DNA of 63,864 nt, filler included, from Cercozoa sp. M6MM (GCA_040357565.1; 9 parts of 9 records of this genome joined end to end with filler, not necessarily neighbours in it); one strand, 5' to 3'. Positions 36,288 through 50,300 are shown, numbered from the whole stretch's first letter. Notes: generated from the letters alone by a model not told the origin. Program-made: numbers and translations.

Positions 36288-37623
36288 TCACTGCATTTCC
36301 TCAACAAGGGCTCCACGTAGGTGCTGCTTGTTGTATCGAGGCGACTGCAACAAGCGACGAAGCATGAGACGTTTAATGGGATTCACTTCATCTTCGCGAG
36401 CTCGAGCAGCATATTGGTACTCTATATGTTTCACTTGTGAAGGACAGTCTTCAAAAAACAATGAGAGGTGAATAGAGGTGAATCTATCAGTACCACTACT
36501 GGAGGAGAATGAGATGTCGGAATTCGAGGTACGCGAACTGCACGATGACATCGGTGATGAGGAGGAAGACGAGCTGACTTGCTTTTGCTCGCCTTCGCTG
36601 AGTTCTTCTACATCTTCATCCAACGCCATGCTCGCTGCTTCTGCAGGTGCAACGGCGCTTTCGCCCACCCAGGAAACGATGTCGTTAACATATTGGCCAT
36701 GCGCAGTACAGCTGAGATTCTGCTTTTGGTGCCAAGCGACCGCGAGTTTCTGCTCATCGTCAAAAATCGGCCGATCGTCGAGATAGCGGAGATTTGGAAG
36801 GTGTGCGATCATGAGACGCCGGTAGTGAGGCATTCGCTTGAGGATGGGGTTTCCTTTCAAATAAAGAACGCGGAGATTGGATAGGAGTCTCAACACTGCC
36901 AGCAGGGCTTCGGGGTCGCCATCCAACGCGTTGTTTTGCAGATCGAGCGTACTGTATGGGGAAAGAGCCAAAGGCATTCAGTTCACGCAACATTTGCGAA
37001 TAGGAGAGGAGGGGGGAACACACGAAATGTTGGACACAGATTCCAAGGCAGCTAGCGAGTCGCAGGAGGTGATGTTGTTGTTGGCGAGCAACAAAGTGTC
37101 GAGATGCGTGCATTTGAAACTCGGAACCGACGTCAGATTGTTGTGACACAAATCGAGCTGCTTTAGTGTTGGAGGCAGTTCGTCGGCGTCAACGGAGCAG
37201 AGCTTGTTGCGACTTAGAAACAGCGACCGCAGCTGCGAACACCCTTTGATACCGCTCACGGAAGTCAGTTCATTGCTCTCACTGTTTATTCACAACCCGA
37301 ACATAAACAACAACTGCGACTAGAAGTAAACGCACGACATTTTAATTGCAAAAGTCCGACGTACAGGTGCAAGGTTTTCACTCCAATGTATGGTTCCAGG
37401 TTCGAAATTTGCGTGAAGTTTCGATAATGCAGATAAAGCACCTCTATTCAATGTCAGAAAAGATGAAGGACTGGTTTAGTCAGTATCAGTTACCATTCAG
37501 TTCTGGTCGGGCCACGTATTGCTTGTTTTCGGCACAAATGAGCTCTATCTGCTCAGGTGACATTAGCAAACCACTTGCTGCCTCAGTTTCCACGCAGTCA
37601 TTCTTCATTCGGGCGCATTTCAT
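36288..37623 (-). CDS. DNAAF1: Dynein axonemal assembly factor 1 (ODA7/LRRC50)-like LRR protein
   Basis: QYVARPELNEVLYLHYRNFTQISNLEPYIGVKTLHLESN, several LRRs, and LYLKGNPILKRMPHYRRLMIAHLPNLRYLDDRPIF...AVAW (LRRcap). Confidence 0.8.
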
Positions 37624-38406
37624 GGCTGAACTGGCGGGTTACTGTTTTTCAGTTTTTCTGACGGGAAGATGAGAGAACTCGCGGAGTCGAGAAAATCGCA
37701 GGCAGTTGCGACCTTTGGGGCTTAGGAGTCGACGGGCACCTACTAGGCACAGCGAACTACGGCGGTTATTCAGCTTTTGTGTGAAGCACTTCGAGTAAAC
37801 CCAACCAAACACAGCAGTCAACCGCGCGGGCATCAAAATACAATCTGAAGGTTTCCGAGTAGCCGAATAGTCACCAGCCGGGCAAAAATATCAAAAATAA
37901 CAGACTCATTCGTAACCCTGGCTCTGTATCAAGGCCTCAGGGTGTGCTCAGGAATTGAGCAACGGCTGGCTTATTATGGTGTTAGTTCACGTTCACGTCA
38001 GGGGAGCACCAAACCCGCAAAATCAGCTGCCAGCGCTCGTTAAACTGAAATTTCGGCACGTGCTTGCGTGAGGTCGAAACTCCGAAACACCTTGCGCAAG
38101 CGTGAGGCGAAAGTGCTTCTCTATCCTACTGCAATCCAAGCGGTTTTGTAGCGAGCGATACTCTTCTTTGCGCTTAACTGTCGTGCTGATAGGTATTTCG
38201 CTGACTGGGCGCTTTCTACGGGGCGGATGGGATGCGCATTTCCTTTTTGACTTTGAGACTCGGCCTCTGTTGGTTTGTGTCTCGGCGCAATCTCTTTAAT
38301 CTCCGAGTTAAGTCTGTCAGTGGGTCTTGTTAGTTTATGTTGACTATCTTGTGATAGCAAAAGACAACAAGCCCCTGTGAATTCGAGTCTCAAAGTCTGA
38401 CTCGAG

Positions 38407-41087
38407 ATGAAACTGTTGCTCGGTGCATTACTGACCGGCGCTGTTGCCGTGTTGGGAGGGGCGACTCCAACGCCAGGCTGCGCCGGTCCCCAAGGCTGCG
38501 CCATGACCACCTTGCTAGCCTCTAATCGCTTCGACTTGAGCAAGCACGAGTACCCTCGTAGCTTCCACGACGCGAAGGCGGCTCGCGCCGGTGCTGCTTT
38601 GCGCAAGCACCTCGGCGACAGTGACGAGGAGCGTGCGGCCTACGCGAGCGGCCTTGTTGGAGGCGCTGTCGACATGCTCGGTCAGTTCCTCAACAAGCCG
38701 CATATGACGATCGGTGATCACAATCGGGCTTCCACTCGCGGCCAAAAGAACGCAGTCAGCATGACCGAGTCTGTCGCGAGTTCAAATTCCCTCAAACCCG
38801 CGTTCGAGTACAACGTCGGTACACTCTTCTTTCTTTGCCACTCGGTATCCTTTTTGGAGTTGGCGCCACACAGAGTTCGACCGGCGCGACCTCAACGCGG
38901 TCAGAGAAGAACTGCGAGGCACGCATGGCTACGTGCGCAACACCAGTATGCGACTGCAGGAAGGCACGCCCGGTTGGGCGAACAGTGACGACACCGACTT
39001 GCCGCCTGCGTCCAACGATGCCGAAGGCAGTATTGCCGCCAAATTGGTGCAAGGATCGACTCAGCAGACTCCGAAGGGCAGCGGCCGGGACTGGTGGCTT
39101 CAGCAGATGCGCGACGAGGAGGTACTGTCTTTATAGTGCGCGCGTGTGCGTGTGTGTTTGTTCTGTGTGTGAGTATATGTATGTGTGATATATATATATG
39201 TTTGTGCGCATGTGTGCGTGTGTTCTCAGCCGGTGTCGCTGCACCCGTTGCTGGGCGGCGGCGAGATCAGCAAGGCGCTCAAGTTCGGCGCCTTTGGCGG
39301 CAGCAGCTTCCCGAGCGCCGACCAGTGCAAGCAGATCGTGCAGAAGCACATGATGACGCAGCTGCGGCGCCGTCGCTACCGAGGTTTCGGTTTGCCGCCT
39401 CTCGACCAACAGGACAAGCTGATCAAGGAAGAGCGCTCGTTTCTGCAAACCCTCGTGCGGAACTTTGTGAGCGACGTCAAGGGAACCAAGGACCTCGCCA
39501 AGATGGACGACACCAGCGACGCCAAGGCCGCCGCCGCTGGCCGCGCTGTGCGCAAGTCGATCAGTGAGAAGAAGTACAAGCTCGCCTCGCAGCTCTTCCT
39601 GCACAAGCTGCAGCGACACCTGGACGCGCTGGAGGTGATGCTGTGCACGGGCGGCGCTCCGATCCAGATCAACCTTGTCCGAGAGGTGCGCGGCAAGGAC
39701 AAGAAGTGGACCAACAAGCAGGAGAAGCACTACATGTTCTTCCCGTCGACCATGATGCGACTCAAGCGTCCTGGCGGCGGTGAGCGGGTGACGCGCCCGT
39801 CGCTCACCGGCGCTCCTGGTTGGGTCAAAGACTTCACCTACGTCATCCACAAGGACAAGCCCGTGTGCAACAACTGTCATCTCGCTTCGAGGTAATGCGT
39901 TTCCTCCTTTGTGGTCACTTTGCGTGTTTTTCATCTGCCTGCTGCGTACAGCGGAGCCACACGCACAGGCCAAGTCTTTGCCGACTTGCTGAAAGACGTA
40001 AATGACTGGGCAGTGCAGCCGATGAGTGCTGAGGACGCGCAGAAGGGCAAGAAGCGCGAGGACGTCGATCGCTGGCTGGCCGTGTTCGACAACCCAGGCA
40101 AGCTGAACGGCGAGCTTAAGATGTCACTCAAGCTGTACGGCCACGCCCTTCACAAGAGCGAGCAGATTGACTTGGCTCGCGTGCGCGACACCGTCGTCAA
40201 CGTGGCCAAGGCCGTGGACACCAACGTTCCGTACCTCAAGGTGGTCGAGGTGCTAGCCGCCGGCATTGCCTTCCTGCGCAACAACGCCGACGACGAGAAG
40301 CAGCAGGAGCGCTTCAACAAGTTGATTGTCGATCCGCAGGTCACGTTCGGAGCCATGCGAGCTCTGACTGAGGTAACGTTTTACTACCCCCCCCCCCCCC
40401 TGCCGTACCCATTTTCCTTTTGCACCTCTGGGTACTGTAGGAGGTGCCCGATGTGACGCCCAGCGTGCTGAATGCAATGCACGATCTGGCCTGGGGTTAC
40501 AACGCTGTTGGTGTGCGTGCCTTCAACAACTACAGTCAATTGCTCCAACACCTCGACGGCGCTGTCTCCTCCCTCCAGGGAGATCTCTCGGGAGACGACA
40601 ACAAGGACGCCATCAAGAGCATCGACGCCGGCTGCAAGTCGTACGCCAAGTTCGACGCTGCGGCTTTCCACGACCCGAAGCCGCCCAAGAACGTGACGCC
40701 TGGCACACACTGCTCTGGCCTCTACGATCAGCTTCTGCCCTTCGTGCACGGTGTGACGTACCACCCCGCTGCCATTCTCATGCAGCGCGCCATCATCGCC
40801 ACCAGCACGCACCTCTTGGCGGTAAAACACTGAGTCAAACTGGGCACGGCCTTTGTTCCTTTTCTTTTTTGTGACTCATCGGGTCGTCTCGTGTGGTGAG
40901 ACAGGACAAGGACACGGACAGCTTCCTGAGCGACCGCTCGTGGGACGACCACATGAGCGACGCTCTGGACAGCCGCAGCTCCTTTGCTGGCAGCAGCGGC
41001 GCCGCAGCACGTGCAGCTCTCTCTGGCCAGCTTCAGACCGTGGTGCAGGCCATCAAGGCCCGCAAGGTACACGCATTGCCCAGTTTA

Positions 41088-41122
<35 letters not shown>

Positions 41123-41222
41123 NNNNNNNNNNNNNNNNNNNNNNNNNNNNNNNNNNNNNNNNNNNNNNNNNNNNNNNNNNNNNNNNNNNNNNNNNNNNNN
41201 NNNNNNNNNNNNNNNNNNNNNN

Positions 41223-41264
<42 letters not shown>

Positions 41265-41465
41265 CCTACCCATGAGAGGATTGACATTGTTTTTTCTTTG
41301 CAGGATGACGAGAGTCTGAAGGTTGCCGAGGCGATCGACAGCTACCGCGGCTGGCTGAGCAGTGGCCGCCAGGCTCCGACCAAGCCGAGCGCCGCTTCGA
41401 ACAACTTCGTACTCGGCATCACCGCCGCTCTCACTGTCGTCGCGTCAGCTCTGATGCTCGCCTAA
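38407..41465 (+). CDS. Large secreted, probably GPI-anchored surface protein of unknown family
   Basis: Signal peptide MKLLLGALLTGAVAVLGG; 7 exons joined in frame; C-terminal small residues, spacer and hydrophobic tail (SSGRQAPTKPSAASNNFVLGITAALTVVASALMLA*); strong C/G-ending codon bias. Confidence 0.75.
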
Positions 41466-41745
41466 TGACGGCTTGAAGAGTGAAAAACTCAGCGCCCCCG
41501 TCTTCAACGCCGGCAAGTTGAATTGGGCCGAACTAGAAACACAGAACCGGAGGCGAGGTGGCGTGGGGAGTTAAGTAATTAAGAAAATTAGAATTTGACG
41601 GTTAGAAACTCTACGTAGGTATCCACGTAACCCCTCTACGGATATATCAGTCTATGCATCATGCATTCCAACCGCGGGTTGGACCGGGGTATCACCCACG
41701 CACTTCATTTGTGCTACTAGTCGAATCTAGCGCCTCAACGGAAGA

Positions 41746-44053
41746 CTAGGCGCTGACATGCTGCTCCTGCGGCGTTTCCTCAGACTCGGCTTGGACAGGC
41801 TTTTCCTGCTCGTCTTCCTCCTCCGGTTCCTTCTCTACGCACACACGGAGAAGACGTAATATGCCTGGTACGTGTGCTGAGACACAGGGAGGCGTACCAT
41901 CCTCGTGTTCGGCGGGACCGGTGGTCTCGACGCGAACGCGCTGCTTCTCAGCGGCGGCGACCTCGGCATCATCATCGGCGAGCTGCGCGCGCACCTCGAG
42001 GTTGACGCCGGCGTCGCCCTGCCTCTGCTCGAAGAGGAAGCCGCCGTCCACCATGGGCGACTTGAGGAACTTGATCAACAGACTGACACCGCGGACCCAC
42101 TGCAGCGAGAAAGACAGAGACATACGAAACACACACACAAACACATTGATCGATCAATCAGGGCAGGCAGGAGTGCAAGTGCATAGCGCTATGGGTCGTG
42201 CAAGCGGTACCGTGTCACGCTCCTCCTTGGAGCGAGCCTGCAGGTCGAGCGTGCGTCGACGCGACACGATGGAGAAGCAGAGGTCGCGCGACACCTTGCC
42301 GGCCTTGCTGTTGACCTTGAAGGCCGTCGTGCGCTTGCCCGAGCACACCGAGTGCACCTGTGCCAAGGGGTCGAGGTATAATGCACACACACACACATGC
42401 GAATGGACAGACAGGGGAAGACGCACCTCGTCGAGCTTGAGTTGCTTCCAGGCCTTGCTGCCCGAGCGCCAGCAGATGCGGTCGTTCTCGACCTTGACGA
42501 CGCGCTGCTGCGGCTTGCCTCGCAGCGAGTAGTTGAACTTGAGGAAGACCTGGCCCTTGAGCGACACCTTGAGGAACTGGTCCACCTCCTTGCGCTCCTC
42601 GCGTTCCGTGGCGATACGCTCCTGTCCACACAGACACATACATCAGATACCCCCGGTCGAGGACTATCAGCATGGTACCTGACGGCGACGCTCATCAGCA
42701 TCGAGCACACCGCGCACGCGAGCACGCTCGGCCGCCAGACGCTCCTCCTGCGAACACATTCACACACATACACATAAACATACACATACACATACACATA
42801 CACATTCACACACACACACACAGGATGGAGGTACCTCAAGACGCTGTCGTTCCTCCTCCTCGAGACGCAGACGCTCCTGCAGGCGCTCCTGCTCCTCGCG
42901 TCTTCTGCGTTCCTCCTCGAGTCGCAGGCGTTCCTCTTCCTCGCGGCGCAGTCGTTCCTCCTCCTCGCGACGACGACGCTCCTCCTCCTCGCGGCGCATA
43001 CGCGCGGCCTGTGCACCAAAAGAGGGTTGCCACATAGGACCACACAGACACAGACACACAGACACAGACACACATTGGCAGGAAGAAGCTACCTCGCGTG
43101 CGACGGCCTCGTCTAGTGCAGCGGCAGCAGCACGACAGGCCTGTAACAATGCACACATAGACAGGGATCATGGTGCAGGTTACATATAAGAAGAGGACTA
43201 CCTCGACCGATGACTCAAGCTGCGGCACATTCTCGCAGGGCGGCACCATGTCCACCAGCTGCTTGCCTGTAGGGGGTAAAGATTACAGGTACAGGTACAA
43301 AAACACAGAGAAACCAAGCAAGGCTACCAGCGGCCAGCACAGCATCGGCGTGCGAGAGCTCGTCCTCGATGCGCTCGGGATCGACGGCGCGCTCCTTGAT
43401 AACCGAGGCGCGGTACTTGTCCATGGCGTTCTCGACGTGGATCACCGAGCGGTACAGTCGCAAGGAGTCGTCACCGTCCTTGTTGGACAGTGCGCGCTCC
43501 GAACAGACCTCCTCGTCGTCCAGCACACCGCGCGCCTCGACCAGCTGGTTCTCGAGTTCGTCGGCCGCCTCCTGCGGGTATCGGCCGGCCTCGCTGCCGA
43601 TCTCGGTGCTCGACAGGAGTTCCTCGGCACGTTGCACCTATGCAGGGGGGTATAACAGGATGCAAACACAACAAAACTAAACATGGCGAAGGTACGGCGT
43701 CGCGCAGCAAGTCGGCGCCCTTGCCGCGCACCACCGACGACAGCAGGTGATCCATGGAGTCGGCCAGTGTCTCGTAGACCTCGATAATGCGGTCGTTAAC
43801 GGCGTCGGGGTCCTCCGTGCCGCGGCCGCCAAAGAACGGGTCCTTCAGCGAGCGGTCCGCCTCGGCCGTGGCGTCGATGAGCGCGCCCTTGGCGTTCTCC
43901 GGGAACTGGCCGGGCTCGGAGCCCACGACAGCGCGCTCCAGCAGACCGACTGCATCCTGCACGGCTCCGTTCAGCAGCGACAGACCGCCGCCGTACACGC
44001 GCAGCTTGCCGAACATGTCGATCGTCTCCTGTGTGCATGTGCGTGTGCATGTG

Positions 44054-44098
<45 letters not shown>

Positions 44099-46438
44099 AC
44101 CAATCTGGGGGCTGAGGGGAGGGGATGGAGGTAGTAAGCGGTACCTGCAGCTCCTTGCCAAGCTTGGCGGCAGCGGCACGCACGCGCGCCTCGTCGACGC
44201 TCGCACTGCTGGAGGTGGAGGCAGCCGCCGGTGCCTCGTCGACCTCGGCCTCCTTCTCGTCCTGCTCCTCAACGGCATCCTCCTGCTCCAGGTCCTCCTC
44301 TTCCTCGTCGTCATGCAGCAGTTCCTCGTCGTCGTCGCTCGTGAGTGCCTCGAATTCCTCGGCCTCATCCTCTTCCTCCTCCTCGTCCTCGTCGACGTGC
44401 GAGGCGTCCTCGTCGTCGGCAGCGAGGTCCTCCTCGGCCAGCGAGGCCGACGTCGTTGGCTTGGCCAGGAACTTCTCGACCTGAGACATCACGCGCGCCA
44501 GCATGGCCTTGGCGCCGAAAACGTACTGGCCCTCCTCGAAGCCCTCGACGGCGCGCGCGTGCGCCAGACGCGCCTCGGCCAGCTTGCCGGCCAGCGCGGC
44601 CAGGAAGTCACCCGTCACCGAGCTGGCAAACGCCTCGACGGCCTGGCACAGACTATCCGTGGCCTCGAGCAGCTCATCCAGCGACACCTGCGACACTGAC
44701 GCGTCCACAATCAACTGGGCCTGCGTACATGCACACACACACATGAGATGCATCAAAAATACAGATACACGGACTGCACAGCACAGAGGAAGCAGGACGC
44801 ACCTCGGCAATGGCGGCCATCAGTTCGTCCTTGGCCTCCTGCGTGTAGAGACCAAAGCCGGCCGCTTGCTCGGCCGTCTGCGCCTCGTCGTGCATCGCCA
44901 GAGCGGCTTCGATGGCCTGTGCACATCACATCGAATTAAATAAAGACATGACACAGGTACGGGACTGCGAGCAGTACCTGGTGCAGTGCCTGTCGCGCAG
45001 CCTCCAGACGAAGCAGCTCGATGCTGTCGTCCTGGTCGGTGGCACGTGCAATGCTGTCCTGCGCACAGCCCCCATACACACATACACAAATCCACAGACC
45101 GAAAGACATAAGGAAGAGAAGGCAAGCTGGGGCACCTGCAGGTCGCTGATGGCGTGCTGCAGCAGTCTGCGCAACTCGAGCAGTCGCTCGGCACGCTGAC
45201 GCTCCTCGCGCAGGCGGATGAGTTCCTGCAGAAACACACAAACACACACAGATTCAATGTACATACCTATGGGATGGGGCGGATAGAAACTGAGGCACCT
45301 GCAGGCGCTTGAGACGACGCTTCTCGGCCTCGGTACGCAGGTGCTCGGGCTTGGCCATGATGCGTGCCAGTTCCTCCTGTGGGCGAAGGGGATGAGGAAG
45401 GTAGGACAGTGTAAGGCAGCGCCAGGGACGAGACTACCTCCTGATCCATCGTGATGACGTCGTCGATGGCGCGCATCCAGCGGCGGCGCTCCTCCTCGGA
45501 GTTGGCGATAAGGAAGAGCTTGTGGTCCTCGGTCGTGAGCGTGAACTCGTACGGCGGAATGTTGTCCGTCTCGCGCTCGGCCGTCTCCTCGGGCGACAGC
45601 ATCACCACATCCAGCACGGCGTCGTGCAGCGGAATCACACTGCGGTAACAACACACACACACATACACACATACACACACACACACACATGCATGTAAGG
45701 TGCAGGTATTGAGAGGGTAGAGGGGTTACCCCTTGACATGCTGCTTGAACTTCTCGCGGAAGACGCGCGAGTGCACCGACGTGGTGCCGACGATGCCCTT
45801 GAAGTCCTGCCAGTCCTTGAGCACCGAGAAGTAGAAGATGCAGCCCAGCAGCGGCACCGACTCGTCGCTCTTCTTGAACGGGTTCAGCTGCTGCTGGTTC
45901 GGAATGCGGTCCAGACAGAAGTAGCTGCAGACACAAAGATATATAGATATAGACACAAAGATATATAGATATAGACATATATATAGACGCACACATACAA
46001 GTATAGACATTACCGCTTCAGACAAAAGCCCTCGGTGCTGCCCTCGCCGCGCTTGAGCAGGTAGCCGTCGCACGTCACGTTGAGCTGGTGCTGACCATCG
46101 GCACCGGCGGCCTCGTCGATGCGCGTGCCCTGCAGACGCTCGTCGACGTCCTCGATGGCGGCGGCCCACTGCGCGGCCAGCGCCGCCTTCTTGTCGACGT
46201 CGACGGCGCGGTGCAGCTTGTTCTTCTTGACCTTGCCCTTGCGGCGCTCCTTGCGGGCCTTCTTCAGGAACTTGGCGGCCAGAGCCTTGACGCCGCCCTT
46301 GTCGCCATTATCGGTGGCGGGCTGCTCTCCGGACTGAGTTCACAGAAGCAGAGATTACACAAAATGTGCACAACAACAGTCCCAAAACACCCCCGGGCAA
46401 GCCATCCAGAGTGATCCGACAAAGGAGAAAACTACCAT
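41746..46438 (-). CDS. Dual-PH-domain protein with central FIVAR-like helical repeats and an ER/K single alpha-helix
   Basis: PH1: CDGYLLKRG...KRYFCL...GVIPL...FLIANSEEERRRWMRAI. PH2 (PLC/Num1-type): LKGQVFLKF...GKPQQR...CFSIVSRRRTLDLQARSKEERDTWVRGV. EEERRRR tract at about 42835-43005. Confidence 0.85.
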
Positions 46439-46918
46439 GACTATGGTTTCCGATCACCAAACACCCAAACACACTAACACTGCCAAGCACGGCACACGCA
46501 CACAAGCACGGGCACAGCGGCTAAGACAGTTTCCCTCTCGAAAAGGAACAATGCCAAACGGTAACGACACTGCTCGAGCACGCCCAGTTTGACCACTAAG
46601 CAGGTGCTCGCACTGTGTCGAAGCACGCTATTCACTCCCTGGTTGTACAGTGCAAGCAAAGGCGTCTGGTGTTCGGGCACCGGCTGGGCCAGGTCCCGTT
46701 GGACTCAGTCTGTACCCGTCGATTGGAATCAATAAAATATCGATCAATCAGCAATGATACGAAGAAAAAAAGCTGAACATCGTCAAAACAGCGTTTAAAC
46801 CCAAACGCGTCTTGTACAGTAGTGCATAGTACATGTACTTTAACAACTGCGGCTGCTCATATGCAAGTGGTCCAGCGAAGTTGGTTTTTGCTGCAGCTGG
46901 TTCGCTTGTGCCAAAAAA

Positions 46919-47275
46919 ATGTCACAGCACGATCTTCTCCAGGTGCAGGGTTTGTAAACGGCTGTTCACTGAGCATGCAAACGGATGTCTTGGGTTTTTA
47001 GATACTTCTGTCGTCTCTCAACGAGCGACAGCTCGAAGCTGTGAAGCACTCCGTCCCTTCTGCCTCGGTAATTAAACCCTCGGTGATGGCACGTTCTGAA
47101 TGTCAGTGTCGAAAGATAAATTTATTGGTTCTTGATGCTGAAAATCTGTGAAGCTCGTCTTGGCGGGTCCCGGCACAGGAAAGACGCGTGTCATTGTAGC
47201 ACGCATTGTCTATCTTCTGACGCAAAGGTATGAATTTTAGAATCTTCTAGCAGCCCCGGCGGCCTTGTCCCCTGC

Positions 47276-47349
<74 letters not shown>

Positions 47350-50300
47350 GAATGTAGTGAGTGCTGCTCGATGGACGAGGCGGCGAAACAAATCGTCGCG
47401 CTGACGTTCACAAACAAGGTACACACTCACTTGTGATTCGGCTTTAATGTGTGCTTTGAACTCAATAACCAAACTGAAGGCTGCACGCGAGATGAGAGAT
47501 CGGGTGCGACGTGTAGTCGGCGATGCAGCGAACTGCCTGTAAATGACTGTTGCTTCGCGAAGCAAGCACCAGACTGCGCAGCTTTTATCTCAGTCTGTGA
47601 ATGCACGAGCAGCAAAGTGACAACCTTTCACTCCTTCTGTGCCGAGCTGTTGCGAAAGTTCGGTCCGTTCATCTTGCTATGTCATCCTGTCCAGATGCGT
47701 GTGTCTGTAGGTGACGCAATTAACATCCCTCGCGACTATCGCATCATTGACTCCAAACAAACTGTATCACAAACACTGTCAACCTCAGAAGAACTTGCAA
47801 CAACCTAAGATGACGTTGCTGGCACTGTGTTCAGTTGTCACTGATCGAAGAGGTGAACCTGCCAGCAAAGCTACGACGCGGCGAGGCAGTATTTCCGCCT
47901 TCCACCAAGTTACAGAAAAGCGCGCTATCTTTTATGTTCTCGCTGTGGTTTAGGGCAAATTGGCAGACGAAATCGCCAAGCTCAAGCGTCGGCGCATTAG
48001 TCCTGACGACTACAAGACGACCGTGCTGTCTAACTCTGCCAACACAAAGAGTATAGTTTAAACTTGCAAGGTGTTTGTTTTCATTGCCACTGTAGTACGT
48101 CTGTTGCACGAGACGTACGATCGATACCAGAGACGACTGGAAGTATATTCTTCTCGACTAGTATGCACATGATTGAGCTGTCGAATTGCTGATCAGGGGT
48201 TACTCGCACTTGACTTCTCGGATCTGCTTTGGCGCGTCCACCAACTGCTCGTACAGTTTAGATGGGGCTGCTTGCACAACACTCTTTGTACTGCGCAAAC
48301 TGCAGGAATGCGAACACGTCGAAATCAGCGACATTCGGCACTTACTAATCGATGAGTTCCAGTACCAAATACTTTCCAGCTTTATGGTTCCATCTTTGTT
48401 GAAAAACAAGTTTCTTCCTAGAGACACGAATGAGACGCAGTTCTTGATTGCCGCGAAACTGGCTCAGACGCACGCAAGGCCGTCAATTTTTGCTGTTGGT
48501 AACAAAATCAAAATCAACAACAACCACACAATTTGAGGTGCGTCACAGGCGATGCAGATCAATCGATCTACTCGTGGCGCGGCGCTGCAGCTCATGCAAA
48601 TTTCGACGCCTTTCGACGCACATTTTTGAATGGTGAAAACAGATTCGCACTTCTTCGCTCTTCCGCCGTTTGTTGATTCAGTTTCAGTTTTGTGCAGACA
48701 CGTTCAAGCAAGTGATTCTCGATGTGGTTGCTTTCCTTTTGTGTTTGTGTTTTGAAGGAATGCCGATGTGGTTAGAATTATCGATCGACTACTGCAATCT
48801 TGAACTGTTCAAACCACGTCATTCGCGCCTCTGTTTGCAAGCGGTGCGACACAGTTCAAGCAATGTTCACTGTCAAGAGTGTGTATATTCATAATGTGTC
48901 TAACATACTGTTGCAGCGAGGAAAAGACCATGCAAGCACATCAGCCGACGCAATGTGCGCCAGTTCAAGTCGTACGAAAACCTGTGTACTTAAACTTACA
49001 TTTGACTATTAGAGGTAAAGTTCATTCTGTCTTCCAGGCGAAACTGAGTGATTCATCGCACGAGGCGAACCACATTGCCGAGTTCCTCTGCTCGTCCGAT
49101 GGTACTGATTCGTTCTACCTCGCAAGTGTCTAACTGAGGCCTGTGATTTAGTGCAAGGTATGTCATGCGCCGTGCTGTGCCGCCTTAACAACCAGATGAA
49201 TCGCATCGAAGCGGCTCTTCGTCGTCGCAACATCGCCTTTCGGCGAATCGGCGCGACGGCGTTCTTTGAACTCGAGGAGATCAAGAATGCTCTTGCTTAC
49301 CTTCGTGTGGTGATCGATCCTGCCGACGATCTGTCCTTCCTTCGCATTGCGAACAAGCCGCTGCGTCGCGTGGGTCCAAAGGCTCTGGAACACATCGCCA
49401 ATGTGGCCTCGCTGGCACAGGTAGCTTTCTTTCCTTGCCTTCCGTTCCTTGAGTACTTGTACACTTTGTACACTGCCCAGGTGTCGCGTTTCCAAGCTGC
49501 GTGTCTGCTGTTGGACCCGCAACTCGCGCCGACGCAGCAACTGCACGATAGCATTGCTGCAATCAAACTGCAATCCGGGACACGCAAGGGTCTTGCATCG
49601 CTCATGTCAGCAGTGCGTGACACGCGACTGGCACTGAAGCAGGGCCAGTCTGTGAAAGATGCACTGCAGCATTTGGTAAATTGAGGCCATACCTGCTGCT
49701 GCTGTCCTCTTTGGTGTAAGTTTATTGTGCGCCACTGTAGCTGCAGCGCATCAACTATGAGTCGTATCTCCAACGTGACAGTATTTTCTGCTTTCTTTTC
49801 GTACGGACTGAGTGACTTAAATGTCATTCGGTGATACTTTTGATATGCAGAGAACAACGGCGACATCAAAGTTCAGAATTTACGACGATTGCTTGACTTT
49901 TTTGCAGAGGTAAATTTATTTCTGCCTCTAGTTTTGTTGTACGTTGGCGCGCTTTCATGTGTGCGTGTCGACAGAAGGACAATCCAGTGCTAACAGAAGC
50001 CACATGTGCCGGTCTGTTTCCTTATTCGTGTGTGTTGTGTCTTCTCAACCTATCAACATTCGTACCTTTGTTTTCTGCAGAGGGGGTACTGCGCACTTGG
50101 CTCGAAGAGGTGTGCCTACAACCTCCGGAGGTCGAAATCATCGGCGATGCTGCCGACTGTGCTGGTACTACGTTAAACTGTTTCTACTGTTTAACTTAAA
50201 GGGAACGTGCATGTTGCCTGTGTTCTTTCGTAGTGACGCTGTGCACAATCCACGCGGCAAAGGGTCTCGAGTGGGACATTGTTGTGCTCGCAGGAGCGAA

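Noticed and set aside
38845-38855. GTATCCTTT as a U12-type 5' splice site
   Set aside because: It lies inside an ordinary GT-AG intron; using it gives a ~28-nt intron with the wrong phase and no U12 branch site.
41465-41525. SECIS-like ATGA...AAA stem-loop after the GPI protein gene
   Set aside because: There is no correctly placed 3' GA for the quartet and no in-frame TGA in the upstream gene.
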